Source: Patescibacteria group bacterium | GTDB lineage: Bacteria; Patescibacteriota; Minisyncoccia; Phycocordibacterales; JBBUBG01 | Direction: 5' to 3' | Assembly (NCBI GenBank): GCA_040384765.1 | Contig: JAZKIQ010000007.1 | Span: forward strand, 1 to 10,631 | Length of the DNA stretch: 10,631 nucleotides | Part shown: in pieces, positions 6,431 through 10,631 of the stretch | How the letters are laid out: each line of letters starts with the position of its first letter | How positions within the stretch are numbered: the first letter of the stretch is position 1 | Program-made: the position numbers and the translations under genes | Notes under the pieces: generated by a model | What the model was told of the DNA's origin: nothing | Seen by the model: only the letters and a program-made list of their open reading frames with translations | The model's database searches: none

Positions 6431-6937
6431 TTAGAAAGGATTCTCCGCGTGGAGCCACTCCTTCATCTCAGGATCGAACTCGGCAACGATTGCGAATACC
6501 AGATGTCCTTCGGGTACGAACTGTGCAGAGGTCTGTCGCACGATAACTCCGATACCCTCCTTCTTCTCTCCGGTTGCGTACTCAACATGTATGTACTTTG
6601 CCTCGTAGCGATCCTCGGGGAACACGGAGAGAGTTATGAGCCGTTCGATGTGCCAGCCCGCCTCGGTAACGCTATGGCAGTCACTCTCGGTATAAGCGTC
6701 TCCAAACGTGAGCCGCGAGCGCTCGATACACTCAAACTTCCAACCGAACTCATAGCAGGTGCGTTCCTCCAGATACTGCTTGCGCCATGCCATGCCGAGC
6801 CGCTTGTTCTTTCGCAGGGTGCCGGAAGCATGGTTCTCGACGAAGGTGTCAGCGCTCATCTCTCGCACTGCGAGCCGGCGCACCAGTACAGAGGCGCTCC
6901 GGGTCTCTTTACTAACGGGCACCTTTTCAGTCTGCAT
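6431..6937 (-). CDS. Hypothetical protein (~168 aa), first gene of a two-gene operon
   Basis: Long ORF with SD AAGGAGG (6948-6954) and a 25-bp gap to the next gene. The start is ATG 6937 or TTG 6943. Confidence 0.75.
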   Translation of the reverse strand: MQTEKVPVSKETRSASVLVRRLAVREMSADTFVENHASGTLRKNKRLGMAWRKQYLEERTCYEFGWKFECIERSRLTFGDAYTESDCHSVTEAGWHIERLITLSVFPEDRYEAKYIHVEYATGEKKEGIGVIVRQTSAQFVPEGHLVFAIVAEFDPEMKEWLHAENPF

Positions 6938-6970
6938 TGTCAAAGAACCTCCTTTTGTGGTGGGGAAACG

Positions 6971-7008
6971 AAAAAAGAATCCGCTCCCCCTTGCGGGGGA
7001 GCGGATTC
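6971..7008 (-). terminator. Terminator-like hairpin in the 5' leader of the two-gene operon
   Basis: 14-bp perfect stem GAATCCGCTCCCCC, GCAA loop, followed by TTTTTT on the minus strand. Confidence 0.75.
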
Positions 7009-7032
7009 ATGAGAAACCGATATCCTCATATC

Positions 7033-7060
7033 ACTTTACAGATATTCCCAAAATTGTCAA
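7033..7060 (-). promoter_or_regulatory. Putative leftward sigma70 promoter
   Basis: TTGACA-N16-TAAAGT on the minus strand. Confidence 0.55.
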
Positions 7061-7070
7061 GTTTTTATAT

Positions 7071-7099
7071 TTGACAAATAGCAAAATATATTATATAAT
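7071..7099 (+). promoter_or_regulatory. Consensus rightward sigma70 promoter
   Basis: Exact TTGACA-N17-TATAAT. Confidence 0.85.
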
Positions 7100-7160
7100 A
7101 AAAAATGGTGAGGCTGCGTATGCCTCAGACAAGATCTAAACCATCTAGAAGAGGAGATGA

Positions 7161-7418
7161 GTGAAGTTGTCCAACAGAGTTGAAATCACGCTCGCAGAGG
7201 CACAGCAGCGCGCTGCAAGCGTGGCTCCGGACTGTGACTTTGAAGCGTTGCCGGCTTCGGTTGAGGAGCTCGAGGCGATCAAGGAAAAGATCGTCGACGG
7301 GTTCTATGCCAAGGCCCGCTCAATACCTGGTTATGTGTGTAACGTTAGCGCTGCCTCGTATGGCAAGGTGGCGGTCTGGAAGTCTTACCCCCTCAAGGTG
7401 CACGTCTTCTGGTACTAA
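7161..7418 (+). CDS. Hypothetical protein (85 aa)
   Basis: GTG start with GAGGAG at 7151-7156, its own consensus promoter and a downstream terminator. Confidence 0.7.
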   Translation: MKLSNRVEITLAEAQQRAASVAPDCDFEALPASVEELEAIKEKIVDGFYAKARSIPGYVCNVSAASYGKVAVWKSYPLKVHVFWY

Positions 7419-7422
7419 CAGG

Positions 7423-7468
7423 CCCTCGCAGAGAGACCCCGTGGTCTCGCGCTGCGGGGGTCTTTTCT
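7423..7468 (+). terminator. Probable intrinsic terminator
   Basis: Imperfect GC hairpin CCCTCGCAG..GAGACC/GGTCTC..CTGCGGGGG followed by TCTTTTCT. Confidence 0.6.
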
Positions 7469-7514
7469 ATTATGACTAGTCCGTAATTCCTTCTGAACTA
7501 GTCCCTTTCTCTCG

Positions 7515-7523
7515 TGGTATAAT
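7515..7523 (+). promoter_or_regulatory. Extended -10 promoter element
   Basis: TGgTATAAT, ending 9 nt before ATG 7533. Confidence 0.6.
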
Positions 7524-7532
7524 ATGCGCACA

Positions 7533-9464
7533 ATGAGCTCTAACGAACCAGTAACCTATTTTGCGGAGACTGATTTCCGAGGCAAAAAGACTAAGTTTGG
7601 GATCAGGCGTAAGGACCGTGCCCGACACGTCTATGTGATCGGGAAGACCGGTATGGGAAAGTCGACCATGCTTGAAAACATGGCGATTCAGGATATTCAA
7701 AATGGTGAAGGTCTTGCCTTCATCGACCCTCACGGCGCGACTGCCGAGAAGCTTTTGCAGTATGTGCCTGAGCATCGCATCAAAGATGTGATCTATTTTG
7801 CGCCGTGGGATCTTGCGTACCCCCTCTCTTTTAATGTAATGGAGGATGTGGGTAAAGATCAGCGGCATCTTGTTGCAAACGGCCTAATGGCTGCATTTAA
7901 AAAGATCTGGCCAGATGTATGGAGTGCGCGTATGGAGTATATTCTCAACAATATTATTCTCGCGCTTCTCGAGTACCCCGACTCGACACTTCTCGGGGTG
8001 AACCGCATGCTCGCCGATAAGGCGTTTCGTGATGCTGTCGTCGCAAATGTTACCGATCCGTCCATCAAAGCGTTCTGGGTAGACGAGTTTGCAAAATATA
8101 CTGATAAGTTCATGACGGAGGCTGGCGCTGCGATTCAAAACAAGATTGGACAGTTCACCTCGAACCCGCTCATTCGCAATATTGTCGGCCAGCCCAAGGG
8201 CTCGCTCAATATTCGAAAGATCATGGATGAGAAGAAGATTCTCATCATGAACCTCTCCAAGGGGCGCATGGGAGAGATCAATGCAAACCTTATCGGTGGT
8301 ATGTTGATCACCAAGATCTATCTTGCCGCCATGTCACGTGCTTCAGCCTCGCCTGCGGAGATGGCCGTGCTTCCCGATTTTTATTTTTATGTTGATGAAT
8401 TTCAGTCGTTCGTAAACGAAAGCTTCAAAGATATTCTTTCAGAGGCACGCAAATATAAGCTCTGCCTTACAATTGCGCACCAATATATTGAGCAGATGCC
8501 CGAAGAGGTGCGTGATGCCGTGTTTGGCAACGTAGGTACGACGATCGCATTTCGCGTGGGTCCTTTCGATGCAGAGGTGCTTGAAAAAGTGTTTGAGCCA
8601 CAGTTTATGGCGATCGATATTGTTGGCCTTGGATTTGCACAGATCTATCTCACCCTGATGATTGATGGCGTAGGCTCGCCTCCTTTTTCGGCGCGCACTA
8701 TTGATACGATCTCGCCGCCTCCGATCTCGTTTGTGCCACGTATCATGGAGTGGACACGAGGCACCTATGCAAAGCCTGTGGCTATTGTGGAAGAAGAGGT
8801 GCGCAAGTGGCACGAGCCTATTATCCCGCCCAGGAAGGAGCTTCCCCCGAGAGCACAAGGGGGTATGGGGCCTCCAAATGGAGACCGCCCGCACAGACAG
8901 CCCTCCTTTTTCAAGATTGGTGCGGAGCAGCAGCGTCCACCTATGCCTTCCAGGGGGCCCCAGGGTGCACCAAGCGGCCCGCGGCCTCCTGCGCGCGATT
9001 TCCCTCCGCGAGGGGGGAGTGGAGATCGAACGGCAAGCAGCAATGCGGGTCGATCGAACGAGCGTCCTCTCCCTCCGGTAAGGCCTCGAGATCCGCTTCC
9101 ACCGCCAGCACCATTCCAGCCATCGCAGCCACCAGCACAACCTGCGGTTTCTCTCGAGCAACTTAAAAAGAACGCTCCCGAAGAGGGAGGAAAAACAACT
9201 TTGCGTGAAGCGCTTGCTGCAGCTATGAAGGAGCAAGAGGAGCGCAAGAAAAACTCAACCGTTCAATCGGCGTCTTCAAAAACAGAAGCGCCTAGAGTTG
9301 CACCTCCGCAACCCTCTCCTGTCCAGTCGGCCGTGGAGCCAAAAAGAGAGGAGAAGCGTCCAGACCAAAGAGCGCCTGTCGCCTCTCCGGAAAAGATGTT
9401 GTCTCCTACTGCGGAAGAGATCAAACGCATGTTTGAAACCGGCACACCTCCAGAGCAGTTATAG
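7533..9464 (+). CDS. TraG/TraD/VirD4 (TrwB/HerA-like) type IV secretion coupling-type ATPase with a Pro-rich disordered C-terminus
   Basis: Walker A GKTGMGKS, IDPHG, Walker B YVDEFQ, LSEARKY, AHQY and FGNVGT. ATG 7524 directly abuts the -10 box, so 7533 is preferred. Confidence 0.85.
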   Translation: MSSNEPVTYFAETDFRGKKTKFGIRRKDRARHVYVIGKTGMGKSTMLENMAIQDIQNGEGLAFIDPHGATAEKLLQYVPEHRIKDVIYFAPWDLAYPLSFNVMEDVGKDQRHLVANGLMAAFKKIWPDVWSARMEYILNNIILALLEYPDSTLLGVNRMLADKAFRDAVVANVTDPSIKAFWVDEFAKYTDKFMTEAGAAIQNKIGQFTSNPLIRNIVGQPKGSLNIRKIMDEKKILIMNLSKGRMGEINANLIGGMLITKIYLAAMSRASASPAEMAVLPDFYFYVDEFQSFVNESFKDILSEARKYKLCLTIAHQYIEQMPEEVRDAVFGNVGTTIAFRVGPFDAEVLEKVFEPQFMAIDIVGLGFAQIYLTLMIDGVGSPPFSARTIDTISPPPISFVPRIMEWTRGTYAKPVAIVEEEVRKWHEPIIPPRKELPPRAQGGMGPPNGDRPHRQPSFFKIGAEQQRPPMPSRGPQGAPSGPRPPARDFPPRGGSGDRTASSNAGRSNERPLPPVRPRDPLPPPAPFQPSQPPAQPAVSLEQLKKNAPEEGGKTTLREALAAAMKEQEERKKNSTVQSASSKTEAPRVAPPQPSPVQSAVEPKREEKRPDQRAPVASPEKMLSPTAEEIKRMFETGTPPEQL

Positions 9465-9489
9465 TAGCTGACCCTCCTATTAGGCCTCT

Positions 9490-10631
9490 ATGAAGATTCT
9501 TGTTTTTTCTACTGCCTACTACCCGTTTGTCGGAGGTGCCGAAGTGGCGATCAAAGAGATTTCTGATCGGCTTCCCGAGCATGAATGGCATGTCATAACT
9601 GCGCGCATGAGTCGCTCGCTCCCCAAGATGGAGCGGGTTTTTGGAGTAACCGTGCATCGTGTCGGGGTCGGTTTTAAAACAGTTGATAAATTTCTGCTGC
9701 CATTCTTGGGTGCACGCACTGCACGGTCGCTCGCACGATCAGGGTCAATCGATCGCATCTGGGGGATGATGGCGAGCCAAGGTTCTCTGGGAGCGGCATT
9801 CTTTAAGCGAAGCGTACCTACGGTGCCGTTCGTACTTACCCTTCAAGAGGGTGACGAGGAGGCGTATCTCGCTCGCTACGTCGGAGGTAGTCAGATTTTG
9901 TACAAACTTTTTATTCGGCCCTGGTACCGATACATATTTAAAAAAGCAGATCGTGTTACGGTGATCAGTCGATATCTAGGAGATCGCGCGCGAGCCGCTC
10001 TTTTTTCTGGGCCAGTAGATCTGGTGCCAAACGCTGTAGATCTGGCGCGCTTCACGCCGGGGGCAGAGCGCACCCCCGACGGAAGGACTGTGCTTGTTAC
10101 TACGTCACGGCTTGTTGAGAAGAACGCTGTGGGGGACATCATCGCTGCGCTTGTGCTTTTGCCCAAGAGTGTGCACCTCTCGGTTATTGGAGAGGGGCCG
10201 CTTGGGAGTGCGCTTCGCCAGCAGGTCCAGGTGCTTGGCCTCTCTGATCGCGTTGTTTTCCATGGACACAAGGAGCACGCGGAAATGATCATCTTGCTCA
10301 GGCAGGCTGATATTTTTATTCGCCCCTCGCTTTCCGAAGGGCTCGGCATATCGTTTCTCGAAGCGATGGCGATGCGCTTGCCTGTCGTGGCGACTCTCGT
10401 GGGAGGGATCCCTGATTTTCTTGCTGACGGGGTAACGGGCGTTGCATGCAAGCCGCATGATCCCGCCAGTATTGCTATGGCAGTAGAGAGACTGACTGGT
10501 GACAGTGCTTTGCGGGAACGGATCATCGAGAATGCCCAGCAGATGATTCAGGACCGATACGACTGGAATAGTATTGCAAGAGAGATGGAAAAATCTCTCG
10601 AAGAAGCGACTCTTTTGGGACGATCTGTTGT
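9490..10631 (+). CDS. Glycosyltransferase family 4 (GT-B), truncated by the window end; absent from the ORF track
   Basis: Manual translation gives MKILVFSTAYYPFVGGAE...SRLVEKN...RPSLSEGLGISFLEAMA (EX7E motif)...GGIPD...YDW, with no stop before the window end. Confidence 0.92.
   Translation, partial: MKILVFSTAYYPFVGGAEVAIKEISDRLPEHEWHVITARMSRSLPKMERVFGVTVHRVGVGFKTVDKFLLPFLGARTARSLARSGSIDRIWGMMASQGSLGAAFFKRSVPTVPFVLTLQEGDEEAYLARYVGGSQILYKLFIRPWYRYIFKKADRVTVISRYLGDRARAALFSGPVDLVPNAVDLARFTPGAERTPDGRTVLVTTSRLVEKNAVGDIIAALVLLPKSVHLSVIGEGPLGSALRQQVQVLGLSDRVVFHGHKEHAEMIILLRQADIFIRPSLSEGLGISFLEAMAMRLPVVATLVGGIPDFLADGVTGVACKPHDPASIAMAVERLTGDSALRERIIENAQQMIQDRYDWNSIAREMEKSLEEATLLGRSV

Noticed and set aside
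5275-7139. Plus-strand ORFs over the accessory cassette
   Set aside because: They are antisense to SD-led genes and have no recognisable motifs.
7475-7504. ACTAGTCC direct repeat at 22-bp spacing upstream of the ATPase promoter
   Set aside because: It could be an operator, but two 8-mers are too little evidence.
9421-10526. Minus-strand and short ORFs in the track
   Set aside because: They are shadows of the plus-strand GT4 gene starting at 9490.

Overview
This window most likely comes from a Patescibacteria (CPR, Parcubacteria-like) chromosome; the assignment is inferred from the divergent 16S tail and the gene set. It opens with the 3' end of a stand-alone 16S rRNA gene that lacks the anti-Shine-Dalgarno sequence and is followed by a terminator, with no 23S gene. 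Next come an LPxTG-like surface protein, tRNA-Ile(GAT), murC-rsmI, a small membrane protein and a DUF4015-like glycoside hydrolase. A roughly 2.2-kb accessory block of SD-led hypothetical genes follows, including a P-loop kinase fused to a phage-like domain. The window ends with a TraG/VirD4-like ATPase and a partial GT4 glycosyltransferase that is missing from the ORF track. The most unusual content is non-coding. A 65-bp gap-free structured scaffold occurs twice (493-557, 1435-1499), each time flanked by direct and inverted copies of the neighbouring host gene. The intact tRNA-Ile sits on a long inverted-repeat stem nested inside a second, split tRNA-like shell. A roughly 200-bp fold-back element lies at 3622-3829.
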